From Bacteroidota bacterium (lineage in GTDB: Bacteria > Bacteroidota > Bacteroidia > SXHM01), in assembly GCA_947478465.1 (NCBI GenBank), contig CANJWH010000004.1:30727-94726 (forward strand): DNA of 64,000 nucleotides, written 5' to 3'. Positions within the stretch are counted from its first letter, which is position 1. Every line of letters begins with the position of its first letter. Shown here in pieces: positions 1-8,945 of the stretch. The notes beneath the pieces are model-generated. The model was given only the letters and a program-made list of their open reading frames with translations, was not told the origin of the DNA and made no database searches. The position numbers and the translations under genes were made by a program.

Positions 1-404
1 AATTCTGTTTTCATCTTCCCGAAATAGGAATGAAATACGTGCCCGTGAAAAGTATGAACTACCACCGGAACATTCATGCTGAATGCTGCCAAACGCCCTA
101 GTGTTCCAGCTTTTGAGGCATGTGTGTGAACTATATCGGGCTTGAATTCTTTGATAATACTTTTGAGTTTTAAGTAAGCTGCGCGGTCTTCTTTCACATC
201 TATTTCACGCTTCATTTCAGGAATAATAAGAGGTTTTATTCCCAAATCCTCAAGAATATGTTCCGAGCCTTCCTCGGTATCATCCTTTTCCCCGCCTACT
301 AAAAGTGTTTCAAATTCAGGTGATATATATTTTGTCAGGTAAGCAACGTTGTAAGTAGGGCCGCCAAGATTGAAACGGTTGGCAATACGTAGAATTTTCG
401 GCAT
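1..404 (-). CDS. Glycosyltransferase family 4 protein (partial, runs off the window start)
   Basis: Manual translation from the ATG at 404: MPKILRIANRFNLGGPTYNVAYL...KPDIVHTHASKAGTLGRLAA...VVHTFHGHVF, a typical GT4 N-terminal domain. Not in the ORF track because it is truncated. Confidence 0.85.
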   Translation of the reverse strand, partial: MPKILRIANRFNLGGPTYNVAYLTKYISPEFETLLVGGEKDDTEEGSEHILEDLGIKPLIIPEMKREIDVKEDRAAYLKLKSIIKEFKPDIVHTHASKAGTLGRLAAFSMNVPVVVHTFHGHVFHSYFGKMKTE

Positions 405-449
405 ATATCTTATTTCTCAGAGGCTTAAATATAAGAATAATTAAAAAGT

Positions 450-2330
450 CTAAGCCATATATTTTTTCCACCAGTGCTGAAAAACCAATAAGTTCCAGGT
501 TAGTGTAGCAGCATCTCCTGAGTCGGTTGAAAAAAGTTTTTGTTTCAGATTTTCGATTTCAATAGGATTGAAAACACCTTGCTCATTTATAAAATCTTTG
601 CTTAATAGGTCATTCACAATCATTGATTTTAAACCTGTTCTGAACCATTTCAACAGCGGAACTTCAAATCCTTGTTTTCCACGATTGAAAAGCTCTTCAG
701 GTAAATCTTTTCTGAATGTTTCTTTCAGAATTTTCTTTCCTGTTTGTGAATTAATTTTGAACTCAGAAGGCATTGAAAAAGCAAAATCAACAACTGTGTA
801 ATCTAAAAAAGGAACTCGTACTTCAAGGCTGTTTGCCATGCTCATTAAATCTACTTTTGTAAGCATATCGCCTTGCAAAACCAAATGCATATCAGTGTAT
901 AGAACTTCATTGAAATCACCGTTAGCCTTTATGTTCTTCAGAATCTCATTCTTTCGGTTATCATAATCTTCGCGTCTTTGCGACTTCGCAAGCAACTTCT
1001 CTGAACCGTCTGCATCATACCACGAAGCCCATTTCCAGTATCGTTCTTTTTCAGAAAGGTTTAATCCTTCTCCGAATTTTTGCAGTTGGCGTACTTTATT
1101 CCCAAACGCAGAATTGCGAGACTTTGGTAGTGCATTCCACACGGGGTTTAGTGTTTTTACAACATTTTCTTTCAAACCTTTTTTTCTTACTCTGAGTTCT
1201 GCTAAATGTTTATTATAACCGCCAAACATTTCATCAGCACCATCACCTGAAAGCGCAACAGTTACATGTTTGCGTGTCTGCATGCTCAGGATATTCACAG
1301 CCAAAGCAGATGAATCGGCAAAAGGTTCATCAATATAATCCAGGAAGCTGTGGAGATTTTGAAACAAATCATCATTGCTGAGTTTGAAAACAGTATGATT
1401 GGTGTTAAATTTCTTTGCCACCAATTCAGCATATTTTGTTTCGTCAAATAGAGGCTCGTCTTTGTAGCCGATAGAAAATGTGTTCAGATGCTTGGTGTGT
1501 CGTGAAGCTAAAGCTACAACAACAGATGAATCAATTCCTCCACTGAGGAAAGCACCCAGTGGAACATCAGAAATTAATCTTTTCTGAACAGAATTATCCA
1601 ATAATTCTTCAAGTTTCTGTTTTGCTTTTTCGTAATCTTTCTCAGGATTTACAGGCGGCTGAGCAGGAATGTAATAATATCTTTTTGTGCGGATTTCACC
1701 TTTATGGACTTCCATAAAAGTTCCTGCTTCCATCTTCTTTACATTTCTGAAAATGGAGTTTGGTGAAGGAATATAATTGAACTGAATATATTGCCATAAG
1801 GATGTTTGATCCATTTCGCGAGGAATGCCAAACGCAAGCAAAGCTTTCATTTCTGAAGCAAACAGTAACTTGTTCTCGTCTTTGTAAATCAGTAAGGGTT
1901 TTATCCCCATCCTGTCGCGGGCGATAAAGGTTTTTTCTTCCACATTATCGTAAATTGCAAGAGCAAAAAAACCATTTATAAATTCCAAGCATGCAGCACC
2001 GTATTTGATAAATAGGTAAAGCAAAACTTCGGTGTCGCTTGTGGAGCGCAGTGGATAGTCTTTTACTTTGTCACGATGTTCATTAAAGTTAAAAAACTCA
2101 CCGTTGAAGATGATGGTGTATCTTCCTGTTGCGTCTGTAAAAGGTTGATTGGCGACAGCGCTTGTGTCAATGATAGCAAGCCTTCTGTGACCTAAAACGA
2201 CATTGTTGTGAATGTATTTACCTTCTCCGTCAGGTCCGCGCAGAGCAAGTGTTTTCAGTGAATTATCAAGCAAGGAAAAACTTTCTTTTCCTTTTTCATT
2301 GAAAGCAATTACTCCGGTTATTCCGCACAT
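450..2330 (-). CDS. asnB: Asparagine synthase (glutamine-hydrolysing), probably a polysaccharide amidotransferase
   Basis: N-terminal MCGI Ntn motif, RGPD, HRRLAIID, LSGGIDSS, SGDGADE; adjacent to a GT4 gene. Confidence 0.95.
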   Translation of the reverse strand: MCGITGVIAFNEKGKESFSLLDNSLKTLALRGPDGEGKYIHNNVVLGHRRLAIIDTSAVANQPFTDATGRYTIIFNGEFFNFNEHRDKVKDYPLRSTSDTEVLLYLFIKYGAACLEFINGFFALAIYDNVEEKTFIARDRMGIKPLLIYKDENKLLFASEMKALLAFGIPREMDQTSLWQYIQFNYIPSPNSIFRNVKKMEAGTFMEVHKGEIRTKRYYYIPAQPPVNPEKDYEKAKQKLEELLDNSVQKRLISDVPLGAFLSGGIDSSVVVALASRHTKHLNTFSIGYKDEPLFDETKYAELVAKKFNTNHTVFKLSNDDLFQNLHSFLDYIDEPFADSSALAVNILSMQTRKHVTVALSGDGADEMFGGYNKHLAELRVRKKGLKENVVKTLNPVWNALPKSRNSAFGNKVRQLQKFGEGLNLSEKERYWKWASWYDADGSEKLLAKSQRREDYDNRKNEILKNIKANGDFNEVLYTDMHLVLQGDMLTKVDLMSMANSLEVRVPFLDYTVVDFAFSMPSEFKINSQTGKKILKETFRKDLPEELFNRGKQGFEVPLLKWFRTGLKSMIVNDLLSKDFINEQGVFNPIEIENLKQKLFSTDSGDAATLTWNLLVFQHWWKKYMA

Positions 2331-3719
2331 TTAGAGATGTATCACTTCTCCGTAAGCAGCAGCAGCAGCCTCCATAATTGCTTCACTCATGGTCGGGTGA
2401 GGATGAACCGTTTTTATCAACTCGTGTCCTGTTGTTTCCAGCTTACGGGCATGAACAAGTTCCGCAATCATTTCAGTTACGTTTGAGCCAATCAAATGTG
2501 CACCCAGCAACTCGCCATATTTTGCATCAAAAATCAGTTTTACAAATCCATCTGCATTGCCTCCTGCCTTTGCTTTGCCTGATGCAGTAAATGGAAATTT
2601 GCCAATCTTTAACTCATAACCAGCTTCAGTTGCTGCTTTTTCGGTGTACCCAACAGAAGCAATTTCGGGTTGACAATAGGTGCAGCCCGGAATGTTGTTA
2701 TAATCCAGAGGTTCAGGATTATGTCCTGCGATCTTCTCCACACAAATAATTCCTTCTGCGCTGGCAACGTGCGCCAATGCTTGTCCGGGCACACAATCAC
2801 CGATAGCATAAATGCCCGGGATATTTGTTTGGTAATATTTGTTCACTAATATTTTTCCTTTATCAGTAGCAATACCAACATCTTCCAATCCGATGCCTTC
2901 AAGATTTGAGGCAATTCCTAGAGCACTCAGCACAATATCTGCTTCAAGTTCTTCAATTCCCTTTTTTGTTTTTACTTTAACCTTGCATACTTTGCCGCTT
3001 GCGTCAACTGATTCAACTGATGAATCGGTCATGATTTTTATTCCTGCTTTTTTGAAAGAACGGGCTAATTGTTTTGAAACTTCTTCATCTTCTAAAGGAA
3101 CAACATTTGGCAGGAACTCAACTATTGTTACATCAACTCCAATTGCTTTGTAGAAATAAGCAAACTCAACACCAATAGCACCTGAACCAACTACTACCAT
3201 TGAATTTGGTTTCTTATCCAAAACCATCGCTTCACGGTAGCCAATGATTTTTTTACCATCTTGTTTTAAATTTGGTAATTCACGTGAACGAGCGCCTACA
3301 GCGAGAATAATGCTTGTTGCCTCATAAATAGCAGTTGTTCCGTCAGCTGCTTTTACTTCTACTTTTTTTGCAGCCTTTATTTTTCCGAATCCCTGGATAA
3401 CATCTATTTTGTTTTTCTTTAAAAGAAATTGAACGCCTTTACTCATCGCGTCTGCAACACCGCGGCTACGAGTAACTATGGCCGTTAAATCGGCCTCACC
3501 TCCTGTAACTTTTATTCCATAATCAGCGGCATGATTCAGGTATTCAAAAACCTGAGCGCTTTTCAATAAAGCTTTTGTAGGTATGCAACCCCAATTGAGG
3601 CAAACACCACCTAATTCAGATTTTTCAACTATTGCGGTTTTTAAACCAAGTTGAGCAGCTCGGATTGCTGCCACGTATCCACCGGGTCCGCTTCCAATAA
3701 CAATTAAATCGTAGTTCAT
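2331..3719 (-). CDS. lpdA: Dihydrolipoyl dehydrogenase
   Basis: GSGPGG FAD motif, GGVCLNWGCIPTK redox disulfide, C-terminal HPHPTMSE. Confidence 0.97.
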   Translation of the reverse strand: MNYDLIVIGSGPGGYVAAIRAAQLGLKTAIVEKSELGGVCLNWGCIPTKALLKSAQVFEYLNHAADYGIKVTGGEADLTAIVTRSRGVADAMSKGVQFLLKKNKIDVIQGFGKIKAAKKVEVKAADGTTAIYEATSIILAVGARSRELPNLKQDGKKIIGYREAMVLDKKPNSMVVVGSGAIGVEFAYFYKAIGVDVTIVEFLPNVVPLEDEEVSKQLARSFKKAGIKIMTDSSVESVDASGKVCKVKVKTKKGIEELEADIVLSALGIASNLEGIGLEDVGIATDKGKILVNKYYQTNIPGIYAIGDCVPGQALAHVASAEGIICVEKIAGHNPEPLDYNNIPGCTYCQPEIASVGYTEKAATEAGYELKIGKFPFTASGKAKAGGNADGFVKLIFDAKYGELLGAHLIGSNVTEMIAELVHARKLETTGHELIKTVHPHPTMSEAIMEAAAAAYGEVIHL

Positions 3720-3779
3720 TTTTGGTTATTTAGTGGTTGCGAAAATAGGTAAAATTCAAAAGCCGTATTATTGCAGCAG

Positions 3780-4619
3780 ATGAGTTATATTTTACATAAC
3801 GGAAACCTATTGCCAGCAGGAACTTTATTGTTCAGCCATGCACATCGTGCTTTCCGTTATGGCGATTCATTCTTTGAATCAGTCCGAATTAAAAATGGCA
3901 AAGCTTTGTTTGTTGAGGAGCATTGCAAGCGGTTGGATAAAACCCTTGCGGCATTGAAGATGCAGAAGCCGGGATATTTCACTTCTGATTATTTTGCTGT
4001 TGCTGTTGAACAACTGGCAAATGCAAACGGAATAGCGCATGGGGGGAGGGCAAGACTTACATTTTACCGTGATGGTTCAGGTTTTTATCAAAGTGAAAAC
4101 AATGCTGCTTCCTGGATTTTGGAGGCAGAAGCCATTCCTGATACCGAATATGTGTTGAATGAAGAAGGAATAAGTGTTGGCATTTTCCGTGAGATAAAGA
4201 AACCCTTCAATAAACTTTCAGAATTGAAAAGTGGTAATGCGCTCTTATACGTGCTTGCTTCTGAATTTACCAAAGAACAAAAACTGGATGATTGCTTGTT
4301 ACTGAATGATGCCGGACGCCTTGCAGAAGCTAGTAATGCTAATGTTTTTGTTGTTAAGGATGATGTTATTTATACTCCTTTACTATCAGAAGCGTGTCTG
4401 GATGGCGTTATGCGGATGGTGATGCTTTCTGTTGCAAAGAATGCTGGTATTGAATTGAAAGAAGTAACTATAGAAGAAAATTTTCTTAATGATGCAGATG
4501 AACTTTGGTTGACCAGTGCATCGCGTGGCATACGTTGGGTGAAGAACTGTGAAGCGAAAACATTTGGAAATAAAAGGGCTCAGGAGTTTGTTACGTTGCT
4601 GAACTCTTTTTCCAGATAG
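3780..4619 (+). CDS. Aminotransferase class IV (4-amino-4-deoxychorismate lyase-like)
   Basis: RAFRYGDSFFES, PLP lysine LKSGN, EASNANVF, LDGVMR; ATG at 3780 preferred to the TTG at 3771. Confidence 0.85.
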   Translation: MSYILHNGNLLPAGTLLFSHAHRAFRYGDSFFESVRIKNGKALFVEEHCKRLDKTLAALKMQKPGYFTSDYFAVAVEQLANANGIAHGGRARLTFYRDGSGFYQSENNAASWILEAEAIPDTEYVLNEEGISVGIFREIKKPFNKLSELKSGNALLYVLASEFTKEQKLDDCLLLNDAGRLAEASNANVFVVKDDVIYTPLLSEACLDGVMRMVMLSVAKNAGIELKEVTIEENFLNDADELWLTSASRGIRWVKNCEAKTFGNKRAQEFVTLLNSFSR

Positions 4620-6117
4620 CTTTCCACGTTTCCCCCATTCCCTCAATAATATCCATAGCCGTCATTCCTTCTTCGCTCATTTTCTCTGCAGCAATATCTC
4701 CTGCAACACCGTGTAAGTAAACTCCCAATACACTTGCTTCATAGGGTTTGTAGCCTTGTGCAAGTAAACCGCAGATAATGCCGGTAAGCACATCACCGCT
4801 GCCTCCGGTTGCCATGCCGGAATTGCCCGTTGAGTTGAAGTAAACACTTCCGTCAGGGAATGCAATGCTAGTATGCGCACCTTTTAAAACAATATAAAAC
4901 CCATAATTCATGGCCATTTCGCGTTGCAGCTTTAATCGTTCAAAACTATTATCACTTTTACCAAACAGCCGTTCAAACTCTTTTGGATGTGGAGTAAGAA
5001 TACTTCCGCCACGAATGAAAGGAAACCACGTTTTGTTTTCAGCAATTATATTGAGTGCATCGGCATCAAACACCGTATTTACTGTGGTATCCTGTATCAT
5101 TAATTTTAATGCTCTTACTGTGTCAGCGTCATTACCAATGCCCGGACCAACAGCAACGGCATTGCAGTTTCCTGTTTTTATCCGTCCTGAAATATGTGTT
5201 TCATTTACATCGGTTTCGCACATGGCTTCTGGCACTGTGGATTGTAACACTGTATAACCGCAATTTGGAATATGTGCTGAAACAAGCCCTGCGCCTGCCC
5301 GCAACGCGCTTTTTACAGCCAATACCGCTGCACCCATTTTACCTTTGCTACCGGCAATAATCAGGGCGTGACCATACGTCCCTTTGTGCGAAAATTTATC
5401 CCGCTTTTTCAGAAGGGGTAAAATATTTTCTTCTGTTAAATAATGATAATTGGTAGTTGTTTGTGCAATAAATTCCGTGCTCAATCCAATAGGCAATACC
5501 TGCCATTCACCAACAAATGGTGCGTTTTCCGGGAAAAGAAAAGCAAGTTTCGGTAATTCAAATGTTAAGGTGTAATCTGCACAGATTACCTTTCCTCTGT
5601 TGGATGAATTGTCTTCTGCATAAAGCCCCGTAGGAATATCAATGGAGATTACAGATGCATTTGATTTATTGATGTTTTCAACTGTATCACTTAATAATCC
5701 GGATAATAATTTTGATAAACCTGTCCCTAACAAAGCATCAATAACAATAATGTCTGAAGTAATTTCGGGAAGTTCGTTGCTTACTGAAATATCAATTAAA
5801 TCAATATTCTTACTCTTATTAAGACGTTCATGGTTAATGGAGAAATCGGGTGATGTTTTATCGTTGTGGCGGATAACAAATACTTTGATTTTATAATATT
5901 TTGCGGTGTTAAGAATACGAGCAATAGCCAATCCATCACCGCCATTGTTGCCTGTTCCGCAAAAGAAGTAAAATACATTAAGATCCGAATAGCGGCCTGC
6001 AATCCATTCTACGCATGCGTTTGCTGCCCGCTCCATCAAATCAATAGAAGAGATGGGCTCGTGCTTTATGGTATATGCATCGGCCTCGCGGATTTGGGAG
6101 GTGGTGAGGATTTTCAT
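4591..6117 (-). CDS. nnr: Bifunctional NAD(P)H-hydrate epimerase/dehydratase
   Basis: YjeF_N motifs LMERAA, GNNGGDG, DIPTG; YjeF_C motifs HKGTYG, TPHPKE, GGSGDVL. Confidence 0.95.
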   Translation of the reverse strand: MKILTTSQIREADAYTIKHEPISSIDLMERAANACVEWIAGRYSDLNVFYFFCGTGNNGGDGLAIARILNTAKYYKIKVFVIRHNDKTSPDFSINHERLNKSKNIDLIDISVSNELPEITSDIIVIDALLGTGLSKLLSGLLSDTVENINKSNASVISIDIPTGLYAEDNSSNRGKVICADYTLTFELPKLAFLFPENAPFVGEWQVLPIGLSTEFIAQTTTNYHYLTEENILPLLKKRDKFSHKGTYGHALIIAGSKGKMGAAVLAVKSALRAGAGLVSAHIPNCGYTVLQSTVPEAMCETDVNETHISGRIKTGNCNAVAVGPGIGNDADTVRALKLMIQDTTVNTVFDADALNIIAENKTWFPFIRGGSILTPHPKEFERLFGKSDNSFERLKLQREMAMNYGFYIVLKGAHTSIAFPDGSVYFNSTGNSGMATGGSGDVLTGIICGLLAQGYKPYEASVLGVYLHGVAGDIAAEKMSEEGMTAMDIIEGMGETWKAIWKKSSAT

Positions 6118-6152
6118 GTTTGCAGCGAAGTTAAAGATTTACTTTTGTTGCT

Positions 6153-6215
6153 CGTCACTCTGAACTTGTTTCAGTGTCTTAGTTTTTTAGATGCTGAAAT
6201 AAATTCAGCATGACG
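6153..6215. repeat. REP-like palindromic doublet, copy 1
   Basis: CGTCACTCTGAACTTGTTTCAGTGTCT...AGATGCTGAAATAAATTCAGCATGACG: two inverted units, with related copies at 15171 and 44181. Confidence 0.85.
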
Positions 6216-6334
6216 ATAATTCTAATTTATGCGCAAATTTCGCAAAGCAAGTAATACGGTTTATCATTTAACTCTTTTTGAGAAAAGAAGAGCTACTGCT
6301 GAAATGCCTTTGAGGCTGGGTTTTGAGCTACATA

Positions 6335-6478
6335 ATGATAAGGTATATGCAAATCTTAATATTCCTTTTGTTATTCGTTATGTGGCGCGTGCTTCTTCTA
6401 TTAAAAGCACTAAAAACAAGAACAGTTGCGGCATTCAACACATTACTGATTTCAAAATCGGACGTTTTTTCAGAATAG
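6335..6478 (+). CDS. Putative 47-aa hydrophobic small protein (uncertain)
   Basis: Manual translation MIRYMQILIFLLLFVMWRVLLLLKALKTRTVAAFNTLLISKSDVFSE*; one hydrophobic helix followed by basic residues; A at -3 of the ATG; no homology recognised. Confidence 0.2.
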   Translation: MIRYMQILIFLLLFVMWRVLLLLKALKTRTVAAFNTLLISKSDVFSE

Positions 6479-6590
6479 GTTTTGACAGCTACAAAGGCGA
6501 GTTTGCTATACTTTTTCCTTTCCTGAAGTTATGGTTTCAGTGCGATTTTCTTAGTAACAACTTCAGGCAGTTCGGGAGGTTTTCTATTCT
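6472..6590 (-). ncRNA. Putative rod-shaped ncRNA, 6S-like (6S-Flavo-type architecture)
   Basis: Terminal stem AGAATAG (6472-6478)/CTATTCT (6584-6590); inner stem CCTGAAGTT (6522-6530)/AACTTCAGG (6559-6567); central bubble containing GGAAAAAGUAU on the minus strand; degenerate -7 element TATCTTCA just upstream (6602-6609, minus). Confidence 0.5.
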
Positions 6591-6674
6591 TATTTTTTTG
6601 CTGAAGATAAAATGGAATGAGTTTACATTCCGTATAGGATTGCTGGGGTTTAGATTTAGTATGAGATTTTTTTT

Positions 6675-6760
6675 ACCACTAAGTACACAAGATCACTAAG
6701 TTGTGTTCTTTGGATGAAAACCTGAAATTGAACTTTAGTGAACTTAGTGCTCTAATTGGT
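6675..6760. repeat. Imperfect inverted repeat built from CACTAAG/CTTAGTG units
   Basis: ACCACTAAGTACACAAGATCACTAAG ... CTTTAGTGAACTTAGTGCTCTAATTGGT. Confidence 0.55.
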
Positions 6761-6768
6761 GAGAGTAA

Positions 6769-7959
6769 TTACTTAAACGGATTCGAAAACTTAGGGTCAC
6801 GCATTAACTCATAATCCGTAAGGGTTTGCATAAAAGCAACCAATGCACGTTTCTGAGTTTCGGTAAGGTTTAGTTTTCTTGGATTACCAAAATCAAAACT
6901 GCCACCACCTGGTAAAGGATCAATAACAGGGATGCCGTTTCCACTGCCATCGCCTTCAAGGAAAATACCACCGCCTCCTTCGGTTAAGCGGTAATCAAGA
7001 TTGCGGTGTTTTTTTACGCCTGTGTTGTAGTGCTCTATTACTTCTTCTAAAGTGTTAAAACGTCCATCGTGCATGTAAGGCGCTGTTACCGCCACATTGC
7101 GCAGTGAAGGAACTTTAAATAAGCCATCAAATGAAGGATCCTGATTTGCTAATAAATCACCCATTCCATTATCGGTATAATTGTCGTCCAGACCAATGTT
7201 GGCGGCTGATGTTCCCCAACCATTTAAATTATTTCCGTTGTGGCAACCCTGACAAGGCATATCCCAACTAAAGAATAAATCTTTACCCATTCTTTCAAGA
7301 GTGCTGAAGTTTTCAAAATTAATGGCCATGCCAACATCGTATTTAGAACGGTACGAAACCATAGAGCGCAGAAACTGCGACAGCGCCATAGCAATACGTT
7401 CACGGGTTATTTCTGTTGAGCCAAAAGCATCTTCAAAAAGCGGAGCATAGTAATCCAGTTTTCTGAGTTTTACTTCAAGGTTATCCATATTCTCAAGACC
7501 CATCTCTACGTGATTTTTTACAGGCATTAATACCTGTTCTTCCAACAGTGTAGCTCTTATATCCCAGAAATAACCGTTGCTCATGCCGGGATTGATAATG
7601 GCTGGTGAGTTGCGCGGTGTTGTTTTGCTTTCAAAGCCGGTGCTTCCTTTTGCGTTGTCGGCAAAGGCAAAGTTCTGTTTGTGGCAGGTAGCGCAGGCTA
7701 CAGTGTTATTAAGTGAAAGTTTAGCATCGTAAAATAACACTCTGCCTAGGGTTGCGCCTTCATTAGTTAGCATATTGCTGGCAGGCTGATTAAAGAAAGG
7801 GTCGCCCATCTGGCCGAAGTTCTGGTTTACATAATTGTATGGTGTTTCGGGCAGGGTAGGAGTAGAAGAACCCGTTACCGGAGTTTCTTTACGGCAGGCA
7901 TTTAATATCACCATCAGCACTATTGCTGAAAGAAGAAGGATGTTGATTTTTTTTGCCAT
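6769..7959 (-). CDS. Di-heme cytochrome c peroxidase superfamily lipoprotein (MauG/MbnH-like)
   Basis: Lipobox LNAC; two CxxCH motifs (CATCH, CQGCH); FWD, FKVPSLRNVAVTAPYMHDG and HYN. Confidence 0.92.
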   Translation of the reverse strand: MAKKINILLLSAIVLMVILNACRKETPVTGSSTPTLPETPYNYVNQNFGQMGDPFFNQPASNMLTNEGATLGRVLFYDAKLSLNNTVACATCHKQNFAFADNAKGSTGFESKTTPRNSPAIINPGMSNGYFWDIRATLLEEQVLMPVKNHVEMGLENMDNLEVKLRKLDYYAPLFEDAFGSTEITRERIAMALSQFLRSMVSYRSKYDVGMAINFENFSTLERMGKDLFFSWDMPCQGCHNGNNLNGWGTSAANIGLDDNYTDNGMGDLLANQDPSFDGLFKVPSLRNVAVTAPYMHDGRFNTLEEVIEHYNTGVKKHRNLDYRLTEGGGGIFLEGDGSGNGIPVIDPLPGGGSFDFGNPRKLNLTETQKRALVAFMQTLTDYELMRDPKFSNPFK

Positions 7960-7977
7960 GATTCAGAAATGTTGATT

Positions 7978-8652
7978 TTATAAATTTATAGCAAGAAACA
8001 GTGATGTGGGCAAAACAAAGTTAATATTTGTTTCGCGGGTTACCTGTTTGGAGTTAAACCCGGGATTGTTCAGGAATGTTGATTCAAACGATGATTTGCT
8101 GTTGGTGAACTGAACCGATGTTTCGGTAAAGAGGCTTATGCGTTTGGAGATATTAAACTGAATGCCCACTACCATTGCACCTCCGTATTTGGTGGTTTTG
8201 GTAATGGTGGTTACTTCATCAGAAGGGTCGGTGGCAATTACTTTGCTTGAAATTAAATCGGTAATGGCATCGGCACCAAAGAAGCAGAGCCAGCGCTCAG
8301 ACAAAGGCTGACGGTATTCATATCCTGCGCTGAAATCAAGGGTGTAGGCATTGGTTGTGCGCGGAAGTTGTCCGGTGTTTTCAAATGTTTCTTTTTTATT
8401 GCTGTAAGTACCACCCACACCCATGCGGAAGGCATGATTTTTTGGCGAAATAAGTTTATAGGTAAGCACATAAGGGCTTACGGCAATGGTATTGTTCTGC
8501 GAAAAATTAAGAAACTGTTTGAAGAAAAACGTGGTGTTTACCCCAATCTGGCTGGTGTATTTTGCAGGTGTTTCAGCCTCCTGACAAAGCGCTTTTAAAG
8601 GTGCTGTAAAACTAAGCAGACAGGCAATACTAATCAGCAGGTATTTATGCAT
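7978..8652 (-). CDS. Outer-membrane beta-barrel protein (hypothetical)
   Basis: Signal peptide from MHKYLL; alternating amphipathic strands (AGYEYR, VGIQFNISKRISLFTE); C-terminal strand LFLAINL. Confidence 0.7.
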   Translation of the reverse strand: MHKYLLISIACLLSFTAPLKALCQEAETPAKYTSQIGVNTTFFFKQFLNFSQNNTIAVSPYVLTYKLISPKNHAFRMGVGGTYSNKKETFENTGQLPRTTNAYTLDFSAGYEYRQPLSERWLCFFGADAITDLISSKVIATDPSDEVTTITKTTKYGGAMVVGIQFNISKRISLFTETSVQFTNSKSSFESTFLNNPGFNSKQVTRETNINFVLPTSLFLAINL

Positions 8653-8945
8653 AAGATTGATTTGGGTAACAAATTTAGGAAATTTAGTGCTGATACTCAG
8701 ATAATTGTTTGCCAATTTTATACAAGGCTGAGTTTATTATTATACAAATAGGATTGAGGTATTATATGAAAATCGGATACTAATTATGCATAGGTGGATA
8801 GCTATTATCCACACCCGATAGATATATTATATATGGATTTTAGGTGATTTGATTTTCAATTTTTCGATGTTGTTTTTTAAGTTCTTCTATAGTAAATTAA
8901 ACCATTTTGCATTTGCCTATTCATAGCTTTGTAAAACCAATACAC

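Noticed and set aside
4591-4619. Convergent 3' overlaps (also 19064-19080, 38157-38160, 42570-42573)
   Set aside because: Short overlaps are ordinary in compact genomes
6229-6699. 156-aa plus-strand ORF
   Set aside because: No recognisable motifs; it runs across a predicted structured RNA and into a repeat element, so it is probably spurious
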